64,000 bases of DNA from Candidatus Poribacteria bacterium (GTDB lineage: Bacteria > Poribacteria > WGA-4E > WGA-3G), in assembly GCA_028821605.1 (NCBI GenBank), contig JAPPFM010000016.1, positions 5,785 to 69,784 on the forward strand. The letters run 5' to 3'. Within the stretch, counting starts at the first letter, position 1; each line of letters starts with the position of its first letter. Under the pieces are notes generated by a model, which searched no databases, had not been told where the DNA came from, and saw nothing but the letters and a program-made list of their open reading frames with translations. The translations under genes were made by a program, and so were the position numbers. Shown piece after piece: positions 9,098-19,700 of the stretch.

Positions 9098-10933
9098 GTG
9101 ATACGGAAACTTTCCTATTACACAGTTGCATGGGTGGCACTCGTCGGGTGCTACCTTACCCTCTCGCTGGTCCCGAACGCGTTCTGTCAAGAAACAGGTG
9201 ATGCGGACCCCACAGCGCAGATTCGTGCTTACAAAGCGCAGTTGACTGCCGATGGTACTCAGACCGAAGTTCGCTTGAAACTTGCGAAGGTGTACCTTCA
9301 AATTGAGGCATACACTGAAGCAATTACTGAATATCAACAGATAATAGCGATTGTCGAAGCGAACGGAGTTCTGGGAACCACAACACCTCCACTCGATTCG
9401 GATATTCCGACAGTTTACTACGGTTTGGGATTGGCATATACAGGGCTTGAAAGGTTTGAGGATGCCATAACCGCTTATGAACGCTCGATTGCGTATCAAC
9501 CTGACTGGGCATATAGCCACGCGGCTTTGGCGAGTGCTTACGCGAACATGCACCGTTACGCTGAAGCACTTGATGCTTACAAAGTGGCGATTGGGTTGAA
9601 CCCGAACGATGAAATGATTCATCACCAACTCGGGAATGTCTATAGCAAGCGTGGTGAACATGCAGCAGCTATTCGACATCAACAGCAGGCAATTGCTATC
9701 GCACCAGAATTTGCAGAGGCACACTATCAGTTAGGACTTCTCTACACACAAAAAAAACAGTGGACTGACGCAATCGCATCGTATCAAACTGCGTATGCGC
9801 ACGATGACGCGTTGGTTGAAGTGCTCTATAATCTCGCACAAGCATATCTCCGGGTTGGAGATACATCTGCTGCACGCCAGCAGATGGCACTCTTTGAGAA
9901 ACGAAAAGCAGTAATTACGCCTCTTCACCAACTACGCGGCGCACTACAGCGAACACAAGACACAAACGAACGCGCACAAATTCTCGCCAACATTGGTAGA
10001 ATCTACCTCAAAGATGGACACTACGAGAAAGCAGTATGGGAGTATCAGAAAGCACTGGGAATTGATCCGCAACTGGCCTCTGCTTATAACGGGCTTGGTC
10101 TTGCCTATACGATGCTTGAGAGGTATTCGGAAGCCGTTATTGCGCAACGGAAAGCGTTAGAACTTCAACCAGATCTCGCGAAGGCATACGCAGGACTCGG
10201 TTTGACATATTTCAGGCAGAATCTGTTGGAATCCGCATTGGAACATTACCGACACGCTGTCGCTCTGGACCCTGAATTTCTGGAAGCGCGTCTGAAGATT
10301 GGGATAATTCTGTTGAATCAGAAGCACTATGCGGAAGCGATTGATACGTATCTGGCAATTCTTGACCTTAAACCGGACGATCCTGAGGTCTATTATAATT
10401 TGGGATTGTGTTACGCACATCAAGCGAAAGCCAGTGCTGATGAATCGTCTGTTGAAGGTTTGACTTTTTCAGCATTGACGACACTTGAAAAAGCGGTTGC
10501 ACTTTCGGTGTCTGATGCTGGTGATTTAAGTGAGACGGAACAGCCTCCGTTTTTAGCAGAGACCTATTATCTTATCGGTGAACTTCAGGCGAGTAAAGCG
10601 GATTTTAATGCAGCAGAGAAGGCTTACTTAGCATCCGGTTTACCAAAGGCATATCATGCGCTTGCCCAGTTAATCGCGAAGTTTGTGAGGAAAAATAGGG
10701 ACAACAGCAAACAAGGTGTGAATTTAGAAACCGCTCGGCGTTATGCACAAGAGGCTGTCCGATTGGATCCGAACGTGGCGAGTTATTATAATACACTCGC
10801 GCTTATTGATTTTCAGCGCGGTGATTATCCGCAAGCAGAGAAGGCGATCCGAAAAGCGTTGGAACTTGAACCCAAAAATCCGAACTACCAACAAGGGCTG
10901 AAACAGATTTCTGGTAAATTAGCTGCTGAGTAA
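9098..10933 (+). CDS. TPR repeat protein (secreted/periplasmic)
   Basis: Signal peptide followed by about 12 TPR-like 34-aa repeats (..AYxxLGxxY..A..). Confidence 0.8.
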   Translation: MIRKLSYYTVAWVALVGCYLTLSLVPNAFCQETGDADPTAQIRAYKAQLTADGTQTEVRLKLAKVYLQIEAYTEAITEYQQIIAIVEANGVLGTTTPPLDSDIPTVYYGLGLAYTGLERFEDAITAYERSIAYQPDWAYSHAALASAYANMHRYAEALDAYKVAIGLNPNDEMIHHQLGNVYSKRGEHAAAIRHQQQAIAIAPEFAEAHYQLGLLYTQKKQWTDAIASYQTAYAHDDALVEVLYNLAQAYLRVGDTSAARQQMALFEKRKAVITPLHQLRGALQRTQDTNERAQILANIGRIYLKDGHYEKAVWEYQKALGIDPQLASAYNGLGLAYTMLERYSEAVIAQRKALELQPDLAKAYAGLGLTYFRQNLLESALEHYRHAVALDPEFLEARLKIGIILLNQKHYAEAIDTYLAILDLKPDDPEVYYNLGLCYAHQAKASADESSVEGLTFSALTTLEKAVALSVSDAGDLSETEQPPFLAETYYLIGELQASKADFNAAEKAYLASGLPKAYHALAQLIAKFVRKNRDNSKQGVNLETARRYAQEAVRLDPNVASYYNTLALIDFQRGDYPQAEKAIRKALELEPKNPNYQQGLKQISGKLAAE

Positions 10934-10994
10934 GGGATATTGCGACCAGGAGGTCCCTCCTACAGCGAAGAGTTAAAAAATAGAGGGGATTGAT

Positions 10995-12440
10995 ATGGCA
11001 TATGATAGCCTTGCGGAGTTTGTGAAAGTCTTGGATCGGGCAGGCGAACTCAAACGCATTAAAACAACTGTCTCACCGGACTTAGAAATTGCCGAAATTA
11101 CCGATCGCGTGAGTAAGGCAGAGGGTCCCGCCCTCCTGTTTGAAAAGGTCGAAGGCAGTAAGATGCCGCTCCTCATCAATACTTACGGCTCTTATCAACG
11201 GATGGCGATGGCACTCGGTGTTGATGATCTCGGACAGGTTGCGTCCGAAATTGAGAGTATGATTAAATTGGACGCGCCTGATACCCTCCTTGATAAAATG
11301 AAAATCTTGCGGATGCTGTCCCAACTGACCAACTTTCCACCGAAAACAGTCAAAAAAGGCGCGTGCCAAGAGGTCGTCCTGACCGGTGAAAATGCATCTT
11401 TAGATGTCCTACCGCTTATCAAATGCTGGCCCCTTGATGCTGACCGATATATTACTTTACCTCAAGTTTTTACGCATAGTCTCAAAACCGGTCAACGAAA
11501 TGTCGGCACTTATCGTTTACAGAAGATAAACCCGCACGCTTTAGCGATGCATTGGCAGATTCACCATGATGGTGCTTCACATCATCGTGAATATCGACAA
11601 GCAGGGGAACAGATGCCTGTGGCGATAGCCCTTGGCGGCGATCCAGTGATGTCTTACATTGGTACGGCACCGCTGCCCTCTGGCATTGATGAACTCCTAT
11701 TTGCAGGATTTCTCCGCAAATCGAATGTGGAGATGGTCCCTGCCAAAACTATTGACATGCTTGTGCCTGCAGATGCGGATATCGTGATTGAAGGATATAT
11801 TGAACCGGATGAGACCTGCATTGAGGGACCCTTCGGCGATCATACAGGTTTTTATTCTTTGGCAGATGAGTATCCACTCCTTCGTATCACGGCGATTACG
11901 CACCGTAAGAACCCCATCTATCAGACGATCATCGTTGGCAAACCGCCGATGGAGGATTGCTACATGGGCAAGGCGACTGAGCGAATTTTTATGCCGCTGA
12001 TTAAGACGCAGCTACCGGAACTTGTGGATATGAACCTACCCTTGTTCGGCGTATTCCACAATTTCGCCTTGATTTCTATTGACAAACGCTATCCGTATCA
12101 TGCCAAAAAGATTATGCACAGTTTCTGGGGACTCGGGCAGCTGATGTTCAGCAAAATCATCATCGTTGTTGATAAAGACGTTGATGTTCAGAACGTCGAA
12201 GAGGTGCTTTTCTACGTTGGAAGCAATGTCGATCCGAAACGCGATGTAACAATTGTCGAAGGACCCGTTGATGTCTTGGATCATGCTTCTCCGCTTATGG
12301 GTGCCGGTTCTAAGATGGGGATCGATGCGACAACAAAGTGGGCAGAGGAAGGGTATCAACGCGAGTGGCCCGAGGAGATCCAGATGTCTGATGAGGTTGT
12401 TGCGTTAGTCGATGAAAAATGGAAAAAATATGGGTTTTGA
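10995..12440 (+). CDS. UbiD family decarboxylase (prenylated-FMN dependent; menaquinone/ubiquinone-type)
   Basis: Full-length UbiD-like protein: N-terminal ..EFVKVLDRAGELKRIKTTVSPDLEIAEI.., and the ..GFYSLADEYPLLRITAITHR.. region. Confidence 0.85.
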   Translation: MAYDSLAEFVKVLDRAGELKRIKTTVSPDLEIAEITDRVSKAEGPALLFEKVEGSKMPLLINTYGSYQRMAMALGVDDLGQVASEIESMIKLDAPDTLLDKMKILRMLSQLTNFPPKTVKKGACQEVVLTGENASLDVLPLIKCWPLDADRYITLPQVFTHSLKTGQRNVGTYRLQKINPHALAMHWQIHHDGASHHREYRQAGEQMPVAIALGGDPVMSYIGTAPLPSGIDELLFAGFLRKSNVEMVPAKTIDMLVPADADIVIEGYIEPDETCIEGPFGDHTGFYSLADEYPLLRITAITHRKNPIYQTIIVGKPPMEDCYMGKATERIFMPLIKTQLPELVDMNLPLFGVFHNFALISIDKRYPYHAKKIMHSFWGLGQLMFSKIIIVVDKDVDVQNVEEVLFYVGSNVDPKRDVTIVEGPVDVLDHASPLMGAGSKMGIDATTKWAEEGYQREWPEEIQMSDEVVALVDEKWKKYGF

Positions 12441-12507
12441 GAAATAGGACTTAGATGGGTATCGGGGTTATAAGCCCCTCCCACAATGAGAGGTTAGGAG
12501 AGAAACA

Positions 12508-13578
12508 ATGGCAGAAACGATTTACGATGTCGCAGTTATTGGTGCGGGACCTGCGGGGGCACAAGCCGCGGTTTCAGCGAGCCATCAAATGCGTCATGTG
12601 CTTGTGCTGCACTCAGGAAAAGTGAGTTTTAGTCGTGGACGCGCATATTGGTCGAAGTCGGTGGAAATTGAGGATGCTCCGGTCTTTCCGGGTATCATTG
12701 GACCCCATTTTGCAAAAGAACTCATGAAATGGATGGAGAGTCGTCCCGTTGTTGATTTCATGCTCGGATCGGAGAAACGGAAAACCGGAATTGACATACG
12801 CGATGGTTTGGTACAAAAACTCACGCGAAACGGTGAATACTTTGAACTCGAAGCATCTACAAAAACACTCAAACAAAATACACCCTTAGAGATAGTCCAT
12901 TTTAAATCACGTACCGTTGTGGTTGCTGCTGGGTTTGACGACAAGTGGCCCGATATTGAGTTTGATCCCGGTGAGGAACGGCTCTATAAGCAGTATGCTA
13001 CGGTCTTTCGCTATGCGGGTAACAAAAAAGGATGGCACGTCTGCATCCGTTGCGATGGGCATTTGCATGTGAATGAGCATCTCGCGCTTCTCGGTGTCGG
13101 CGACTATATCTATGAGGCGGCGATCGGTGCGCAAGACTTTACAGATAAAATTACAATTCTAACGAACGGTAGACCGCACGGTATGTCCGCACCTGTATTG
13201 GAACAGGTGAAAGCACGTAAAATTAATATCATTGAGACAAAAATTAAACGACACATTGGTGAAAAAACAGACCTTTTAGGATTTGAGATGGTTGATGGAA
13301 GCGAGTTGTTTTTCCACGGTTTCCTTGTTGATGAAGGGTTAATCCCCAATACGAAATTTCTTGACGGATGGGACTACCAAAAAGATGAGGAAGGCTTGAT
13401 TATCGCAAACGAGGATATGCAGATGCTGGACGGCAATGGGGATCCGATTCCTGGACTATTTGCTGCAGGAGACATTATATCTGGTGAGCGGAACCTAATT
13501 GCAACCGCGTTCGCACTTGGACAGGAAGCAGGTTTGTCGGCATCAGACTCCTTGCGTCGGTGGCACTTTCCGGATTAG
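12508..13578 (+). CDS. FAD-dependent pyridine nucleotide-disulfide-type oxidoreductase
   Basis: N-terminal Rossmann motif DVAVIGAGPAGAQAA. A second dinucleotide motif near the C-terminus (GLFAAGDI). Confidence 0.55.
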   Translation: MAETIYDVAVIGAGPAGAQAAVSASHQMRHVLVLHSGKVSFSRGRAYWSKSVEIEDAPVFPGIIGPHFAKELMKWMESRPVVDFMLGSEKRKTGIDIRDGLVQKLTRNGEYFELEASTKTLKQNTPLEIVHFKSRTVVVAAGFDDKWPDIEFDPGEERLYKQYATVFRYAGNKKGWHVCIRCDGHLHVNEHLALLGVGDYIYEAAIGAQDFTDKITILTNGRPHGMSAPVLEQVKARKINIIETKIKRHIGEKTDLLGFEMVDGSELFFHGFLVDEGLIPNTKFLDGWDYQKDEEGLIIANEDMQMLDGNGDPIPGLFAAGDIISGERNLIATAFALGQEAGLSASDSLRRWHFPD

Positions 13579-13595
13579 GGGGACACATAGAAATA

Positions 13596-16478
13596 ATGCA
13601 GAACGGACAAAAGGACACTGTCTACATTATTGATACGCACGCTGAAATATTTCGGGCGTATTACGCGATTCGTAGTGGTTTGACAAGCAGTATCACCGGC
13701 GAAGCGACACATGCTGTGTTTGGATTTGCCGGGACATTGATTAGAATTTTAACCGAACTTCAGGCAAAATATGTCGTCGCTGCGATTGATACGCCGGGCG
13801 ACACATTTCGCAATGAACTTTATTCGGAATACAAGGCGAATCGAGATCCAGCACCTGACGATTTGGTGACGCAGATTCACCGCATCCTGCAGTTGCTTGA
13901 GGCATTTGGCATCTTGACGCTCGGTAAACCTGAATTGGAAGCGGACGACATCATCGCCTCTGTTACACAGGCAATACTTGACAATCCAGATACACAAGAT
14001 GTCGATGTCACTATCATTTCCAGAGATAAAGATTTGGAACAGTTACTCGGTGATCGGGTAACAATGCTTGATCTCCATAACGATAAAATTATTGATGTTC
14101 GGTCCCTGAAGGAAACGAAAGGCATAGAACCCTCTCAGGTTGTTGATGTGCTTGCGTTGATGGGTGATACTTCAGACAATGTTCCGGGTGTTGAGAAAAT
14201 CGGCTTAAAAACGGCGGCGCAATTGATTCAGCAGTACGGTTCCATTGACGGTATTTTTGAGAATATTGATGAGATTAAAGGGAAGCGTCGCGAGAATCTC
14301 GAAAAGGCGCGCTCGCAACTGGCACTCGCACAGCAGCTTGTAACGTTAAAGCGGGATGCTGCTTCGGATTTCTCTATAGAGCAGGCACGGGTCAAACCGC
14401 TGGATCTCCAGAAAATCTTGCCGCTGTTTCGGGAATTAGAACTCAAGCGTTATGAACAGGTTGTAACGGAACTCGCGGATGGAGATTCTGCGTCCGTCGC
14501 ACCAGCACCGACGACACGCAAAGAGCGAGTTGCAGAATTAGCGCAGAAAACGGACTCAATTTTAAACAAGGGGGACTATGACACTGCTGAAACTGGCGAC
14601 TATTCAGCAGTTGTTACGACCTCCCAGTTGACGGAACTCATTGACACCCTTTCAGGACAGGAGATTATCAGCTTTGATACCGAGACGGATGGTTTGGAAC
14701 GTGAGTCCACACTTTGCGGATTAAGTTTTTCATGGAAACCGAACCATGGTGTTTATGTGCCAGTTCGTTCACCTCATCCTGAAAACCATCTGAATACGGA
14801 GACTGTGCTTGGAGCACTCAAACCGCTTTTGGAAGATCCTAATTTGCCCAAATGTGGACATAACCTGAAGTTTGATGCGGGCATTCTCATCCGGAATGGG
14901 GTTAAACTCCAAGGAGTCGTTTTTGATACACTGCTCGCAAGCCAGTTAGTTGACGCACGAACACCCTCCCACAATCTTGATACGCTTGCGCTGCTCCACT
15001 TGAACCACAAGATGATCTCTTTTGAGGAACTTACATCGCCCCCCGACAATGCAACCGATATCGATGACACCGATAAAGAAGCCGAAGATCTCGGTGGACT
15101 GTTTGATTCGGCAGGACAGAAAACAATTGATGAAGTTCCCTTGGAACAGGCGACAGTTTACGCTGCAGAAGATGCCGATGTCGCGCTACGCCTCTATCAT
15201 TTTCTTGTACCGAAACTGGATGAGATGGGCATTACGGCATTGGCGCGCGATATAGAGTCGCCGCTCGCACCTATTCTCGCTGAGATGGAGTATAACGGCA
15301 TTGTTTGCGATAAGGCGGAGCTCAAACGTCAAAGTGGTGTGATTAGCGAACTGGTTGAGGCACGGCAAGCGCAAATTCACGAAATCGTTGGTTATCCGTG
15401 TAACATTGATTCTCCAAGGCAACTGGCGCAGGTATTATTTGAAGATCTCGGTTTCAAACCAGTGAAACGGACGCGAGGTGGCAACGTTTCGACGGACGTG
15501 ACCGTGTTGGAGGCACTCTCTCTGAGGGAGGATATCAACGATCCGAAGACCAGTGTGCCGCGTTTGATAATTGAATACCGTCAGTTTCGTAAGTTGCAAA
15601 GTACTTATCTGGCACAACTCCAGAGTGCTATCGACCCAAAGACGGAGCGTATCCATACACATCTTTATCAATTAACAACAGCAACAGGTCGTTTGAAATC
15701 TGACGGTCCAAACTTGCAAAATATTCCTGTCCGGACCGAGATTGGCAGGCAATTGCGGTGTGCATTCAGAGCACCGGAGGGGTATAAGTTAATTTGTGCA
15801 GATTATTCACAGATTGAGCTGCGTATTCTTGCCCACTTTAGCGAAGATACGCAATTAATCGAGACCTTCGCTCAGGATTTGGATATCCACACGGCAGTCG
15901 CTTCGCAGGTGTTTGAGATGCCGGCAGCGTCGGTTACTCGTGAACTTCGGGATAAGGCAAAGACTATTAATTTTGGCATCATTTACGGGGTATCCCCGAC
16001 AGGGCTTTCACGTCGGATTAAAGGGATGAGTGTAAAGGAGGCGGCTGCTCTTATTGATGACTATAAAGTACGTTTTCCGGGGATAGACCGTTTTCTGCAG
16101 CAGTGTGTCCAACAAGCGTCGGATCACGGGTATGTAAGCACACTCACTGGTAGACAGCGTGCGATTCCTGAAATCTATGCCACCAACCGAAGTCGGCGCA
16201 GCCTTGGTGAACGGCTGGCGATCAATACTGTGGTGCAAGGTTCTGCTGCAGACCTGATGAAAGCGGCGATGGTACGTGTGCAACACCGAATTGATGCGGA
16301 CAGATTACCCTTAAAAATGCTGCTGCAGATCCATGACGAATTGGTACTTGAAACGCCAGAAGGACTTGCGGAGGTGCATGCCGCAATTGTCTGTGAAGAG
16401 ATGGAGAATGCAATGTCGCTTCGGGTACCGCTTCGGACAGAGGCGGGAATCGGTGATAATTGGATGGTCGCAAAGTGA
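13596..16478 (+). CDS. polA: DNA polymerase I
   Basis: 5'-3' exonuclease domain, 3'-5' exonuclease domain (..ISFDTETDGL..) and polymerase motifs A/B/C (..DYSQIELR.., ..RRxxKxxNFGxxYG.., ..QIHDELV..). ATG at 13596 after AGGGGG is preferred over the GTG at 13560. Confidence 0.9.
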   Translation: MQNGQKDTVYIIDTHAEIFRAYYAIRSGLTSSITGEATHAVFGFAGTLIRILTELQAKYVVAAIDTPGDTFRNELYSEYKANRDPAPDDLVTQIHRILQLLEAFGILTLGKPELEADDIIASVTQAILDNPDTQDVDVTIISRDKDLEQLLGDRVTMLDLHNDKIIDVRSLKETKGIEPSQVVDVLALMGDTSDNVPGVEKIGLKTAAQLIQQYGSIDGIFENIDEIKGKRRENLEKARSQLALAQQLVTLKRDAASDFSIEQARVKPLDLQKILPLFRELELKRYEQVVTELADGDSASVAPAPTTRKERVAELAQKTDSILNKGDYDTAETGDYSAVVTTSQLTELIDTLSGQEIISFDTETDGLERESTLCGLSFSWKPNHGVYVPVRSPHPENHLNTETVLGALKPLLEDPNLPKCGHNLKFDAGILIRNGVKLQGVVFDTLLASQLVDARTPSHNLDTLALLHLNHKMISFEELTSPPDNATDIDDTDKEAEDLGGLFDSAGQKTIDEVPLEQATVYAAEDADVALRLYHFLVPKLDEMGITALARDIESPLAPILAEMEYNGIVCDKAELKRQSGVISELVEARQAQIHEIVGYPCNIDSPRQLAQVLFEDLGFKPVKRTRGGNVSTDVTVLEALSLREDINDPKTSVPRLIIEYRQFRKLQSTYLAQLQSAIDPKTERIHTHLYQLTTATGRLKSDGPNLQNIPVRTEIGRQLRCAFRAPEGYKLICADYSQIELRILAHFSEDTQLIETFAQDLDIHTAVASQVFEMPAASVTRELRDKAKTINFGIIYGVSPTGLSRRIKGMSVKEAAALIDDYKVRFPGIDRFLQQCVQQASDHGYVSTLTGRQRAIPEIYATNRSRRSLGERLAINTVVQGSAADLMKAAMVRVQHRIDADRLPLKMLLQIHDELVLETPEGLAEVHAAIVCEEMENAMSLRVPLRTEAGIGDNWMVAK

Positions 16479-16505
16479 ATTTTTCTATACATAAAAAATT
16501 AAAAT

Positions 16506-16540
16506 TGACAAACAACAAAAGTTGTGATATAATTTATTGT
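16506..16540 (+). promoter_or_regulatory. Sigma70-like promoter (TTGACA-N17-TATAAT)
   Basis: Exact consensus hexamers at 16506-16511 and 16529-16534, 360 bp upstream of the RRM gene. Confidence 0.4.
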
Positions 16541-16896
16541 AAATTTTAAGGGAAATGTGGATAATGTCCGCTGGCAAAGTTACGAGTAGTGTTTTGACAG
16601 TTTTACGGTTTGGGACCAGAAACATACTCATTGTGAAGTGTGACAAGGCTTCCAACAAGAGATTGATGAGAGTTAATTTTTGCCAATCTTTGCAATTTGG
16701 GCATTGCGTGCAATGTCCTCCTACGCTTGCTGCCGAATTTCTGCCTTTGAAAATGCTGACAGTGCTCAGTTTTCTCATTTTCCCGTATTTCTATTCCCTA
16801 TACTGGTTTTTTGAGAGGCATCGGTTCGCGTGAATGTACCGGTTGTCTTCGTGATGCTCGGTTAGGGTACATATAATTTCTAAAAGGAGAAACGAG

Positions 16897-17184
16897 ATGA
16901 ATATCTACGTTGGCAACGTGCCTTATGCGGCCACGGAAACGGACCTTGAAGAACTGTTTGGTGAACATGGTCCGGTTGCTACCGCCACGATTATTCGTGA
17001 CCGGTATGATGGTCGTTCCAAAGGGTTTGGCTTCGTCGAGATGGAAAACCAAGAGGATGGCGAGCGAGCGATAGAAGCGTTGGATGGTCAAGAAATGATG
17101 GGACGTCCGCTGAAAGTCAATCCCGCGCGTCCTCGCACAGAACGTCGCGAGCCACGTCGCTATGATGACGACGCGGAACTGTAA
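16897..17184 (+). CDS. RRM-type RNA-binding protein
   Basis: RNP2 (NIYVGNV) and RNP1 (KGFGFVEM) motifs, with a Gly/Arg-rich tail. Confidence 0.85.
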   Translation: MNIYVGNVPYAATETDLEELFGEHGPVATATIIRDRYDGRSKGFGFVEMENQEDGERAIEALDGQEMMGRPLKVNPARPRTERREPRRYDDDAEL

Positions 17185-17443
17185 TATGTTTCTTACCCGC
17201 TTCGGCGTTATTCGACTTGTATGGATCGCTGGAGTTGGATAAAAAATGCTGCAACAGAAACGGCAATTGCTGCTTCGTGTTCTGCTGCGGCTGACAAGTT
17301 TTACCCCGGTTTTGGGATCTGTTTTGTCTAAACGGGTTTTGAACTGGGGTTTATCTATTTAAACTGACAGAAAACAGACTGGGGATACGGCAATCAGTGT
17401 TGTAGTCGTATCCCCAGAATTTTCGCTATGTGCTGGGATTTGC

Positions 17444-18223
17444 CTAATAGTCTTTCCGTTTGAGTGCTCCCCAAGTTACTGCGATTTTCCCTGCGGGTTC
17501 CACCGCAACGCCTAAGGCAGTCAAACCGTTATTCATAACGTCAGCAATATCGTTATCCGTCAAAGGTGCGTGGAAGAGAGCTACTTCGTCCATTGCCCCT
17601 GTGAACCAATTACCAGTGCCGTCCCAAACACCGCATCCACCGATATTCACGTTGAAATCAGATCTGCCATGGTTGGGCCAGTTGCCATTTACCGTTGTAG
17701 CATCTCCATCAATGTAAACCTTCGTGAATTGTCGGGTCGCAACAGCAGCGACGTGGTGCCACTCACCGGGTGGATGTTCGTATGCATTGTTATTACTACC
17801 AGCTGTGGGAGTCCATAGGGCAACGGTAGTGGGATTAATAAAACCGAATTCCGGTGAATCGTTCTGTCCTATCAACCCGATTCGGTTGGAGGTAATATTC
17901 CCTGGCTTTACCCAAGCGACGACTGTGAATTCACGTACACCGTTGAGAAGTTTTTGATTTGTATTCACACAGTTGCCTGTGCCATCAAATCCTAAGGCAC
18001 CGCCGAATCGTCCATCGACCCAAATAGGTGCGTTGACAATCGTCCCGTGGTTATTGTTTCCTGAAGAGTCCATCGCTGTGGTTCCTCCCCCATCATCAAA
18101 CAGCCAAATACCGACAACACTACTCTGGTCAATTGCGGCACTACTGGTGTTCACAGCAACGAGACTAATCGCCATCAGCCCTAAACTAAACAGGATAAAT
18201 GTTAAAGTGTTAAATTTCATCAA
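17444..18223 (-). CDS. Secreted LamG/concanavalin-like protein with C-terminal ..AVTWGALKRKDY tail
   Basis: Signal peptide, and a LamG_3-like core (DSSGNNNHGTIVNAPIWVDGRFGGALGF). Confidence 0.55.
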   Translation of the reverse strand: MMKFNTLTFILFSLGLMAISLVAVNTSSAAIDQSSVVGIWLFDDGGGTTAMDSSGNNNHGTIVNAPIWVDGRFGGALGFDGTGNCVNTNQKLLNGVREFTVVAWVKPGNITSNRIGLIGQNDSPEFGFINPTTVALWTPTAGSNNNAYEHPPGEWHHVAAVATRQFTKVYIDGDATTVNGNWPNHGRSDFNVNIGGCGVWDGTGNWFTGAMDEVALFHAPLTDNDIADVMNNGLTALGVAVEPAGKIAVTWGALKRKDY

Positions 18224-18668
18224 TATATTCAGGCCGGAAACCCATTCTTTAGATTGGGGATGAAGCCTGCTCCTTTTTGTAAAATAGCCTAAGCCTTTTT
18301 AGAGTTTTTCGTCTAAAAAACCGGTAATAGTTCGACCACACGGCAGTCGTGTGTGAGGTTGTCCGCAGTCTACTGATGAAGCACAAACTCCAACCTTTAG
18401 GTTGTGGGTGCCTTGACTTGAATCCTCTCACTCTCTTTACAGATTTGCCGCGCTGCAACGCGGACTGTTTCATGTGCCTACTCCGCTATCTGTAAAACTA
18501 TCAGCACGTGTTCATCGCGCGATGTTCCTCGCAACGTCCGAAATAGGAGATAAAAACATTATGACATATTTTGCATTAAAATGCAAATTTTTTTTCTGCC
18601 ACTGCTATTTTATTTTTATATTAATTCTGGAGTGTCAAACGCAATTATATCCATGCCTCGCCTTCCGT

Positions 18669-19664
18669 TCAGAGGTTTACACCAACGGCTTTACGGACCT
18701 TCGCCAAAATCGGTCTGGCGATGTCGCGTGCTTTTTCCGCACCTTTTTCGAGTATTTTATCCAATTCATCAAGATTGTCCATCAAAGCATTATATCTGTC
18801 TCGCTTGTCGGAAAAAGTTGCCTCCAGTAACTCAAACAGTTCCTCTTTCATTGCCCCGTAGGCGAGTCCACCCTCCAGATAAAGTTTCCGCTTCGCATCA
18901 ACGGCATCTGCATCCGCGAGATGACGGTAGATTGCGAAGATGTTGCACTCATCGGGGTCTTTCGGCTCTTCGGGTCGCTTGGAATCGGTTACAATACGCT
19001 TGACGGGTTTGAGGACTTGGTCCGGTGGTGCGAAGATTGGAATGACGTTGTTATAACTTTTGCTCATCTTTCTACCATCAATTCCGGGAATCGTCATCAC
19101 TTCTTTCCGAATTACGGCTTCTGGAATCGTCAAGACATCGCCATAATTTTTATTGAAGGTAAGCGCGACATCTCGTGTAATTTCAAGATGTTGTTGTTGG
19201 TCAAGCCCAACCGGCACAAAATGTGTTCCGAAGAGTAAAATATCTGCCGCCATCAAAACAGGATAGGTAAAGAGCCCTACGTTAATGTTCTTATCCTCTT
19301 CACGTCCGGCTGCAATGTTGTCGTCAACGATCGCTTTGTAGGCGTGCGAGCGGTTAAGTAAACCTTTTGTTGTGAAACAGGACAACGCCCACGCCAACTC
19401 GAATACCTCTGGAATATCGGATTGGCGATAGATAATCTCCTCATCTGGATTTAACCCAAGTGCCAACCACGTTGCTACTGCTTGGTAGGTGAGATCCGCC
19501 AATTGTTTTCGGTCTCTGACTGTTGTGAGGGCGTGATAATCCGGTATGAAATAAAGTGCTTGAAATTTTTCAGCGAGTTCCAACGAGGGCTTAAGCATGC
19601 CGAGATAGTTGCCGATATGCGGCGATCCTGACGGTTTAAGCCCAGTTAAAGCAATCTGTTTCAA
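18669..19664 (-). CDS. trpS: Tryptophan--tRNA ligase
   Basis: HIGN class-I motif (PSGSPHIGNYLG) and KMSKS motif (GRKMSKSYNN). Length is typical for TrpRS. Confidence 0.9.
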   Translation of the reverse strand: MKQIALTGLKPSGSPHIGNYLGMLKPSLELAEKFQALYFIPDYHALTTVRDRKQLADLTYQAVATWLALGLNPDEEIIYRQSDIPEVFELAWALSCFTTKGLLNRSHAYKAIVDDNIAAGREEDKNINVGLFTYPVLMAADILLFGTHFVPVGLDQQQHLEITRDVALTFNKNYGDVLTIPEAVIRKEVMTIPGIDGRKMSKSYNNVIPIFAPPDQVLKPVKRIVTDSKRPEEPKDPDECNIFAIYRHLADADAVDAKRKLYLEGGLAYGAMKEELFELLEATFSDKRDRYNALMDNLDELDKILEKGAEKARDIARPILAKVRKAVGVNL

Positions 19665-19700
19665 TTTGATCTGTGCTCCTTCTTGTGTTAAGGGCTCCTA

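Noticed and set aside
13560-13595. GTG start at 13560 for polA, as given in the ORF track.
   Set aside because: An ATG at 13596 with an AGGGGG RBS about 10 nt upstream gives the canonical PolI N-terminus (MQNGQKDTVYIIDTHAEIFRAYYA). The extra 12 residues from the GTG overlap the end of the upstream gene.
18568-18598. AT-rich hairpin TTTGCAT-TAAA-ATGCAAA followed by a T8 run, which looks like a plus-strand intrinsic terminator downstream of trpS.
   Set aside because: Both neighbouring genes are on the minus strand, so the T-run is on the wrong side for them. The stem is weak (2 G-C pairs). More likely an incidental AT-rich promoter-region palindrome for the 17444..18223 gene.
19665-19700. Looked for a T-box leader upstream of trpS.
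   Set aside because: Only about 36 nt separate trpS from the upstream Uma2 gene. No specifier-loop or T-box antiterminator sequence is present.
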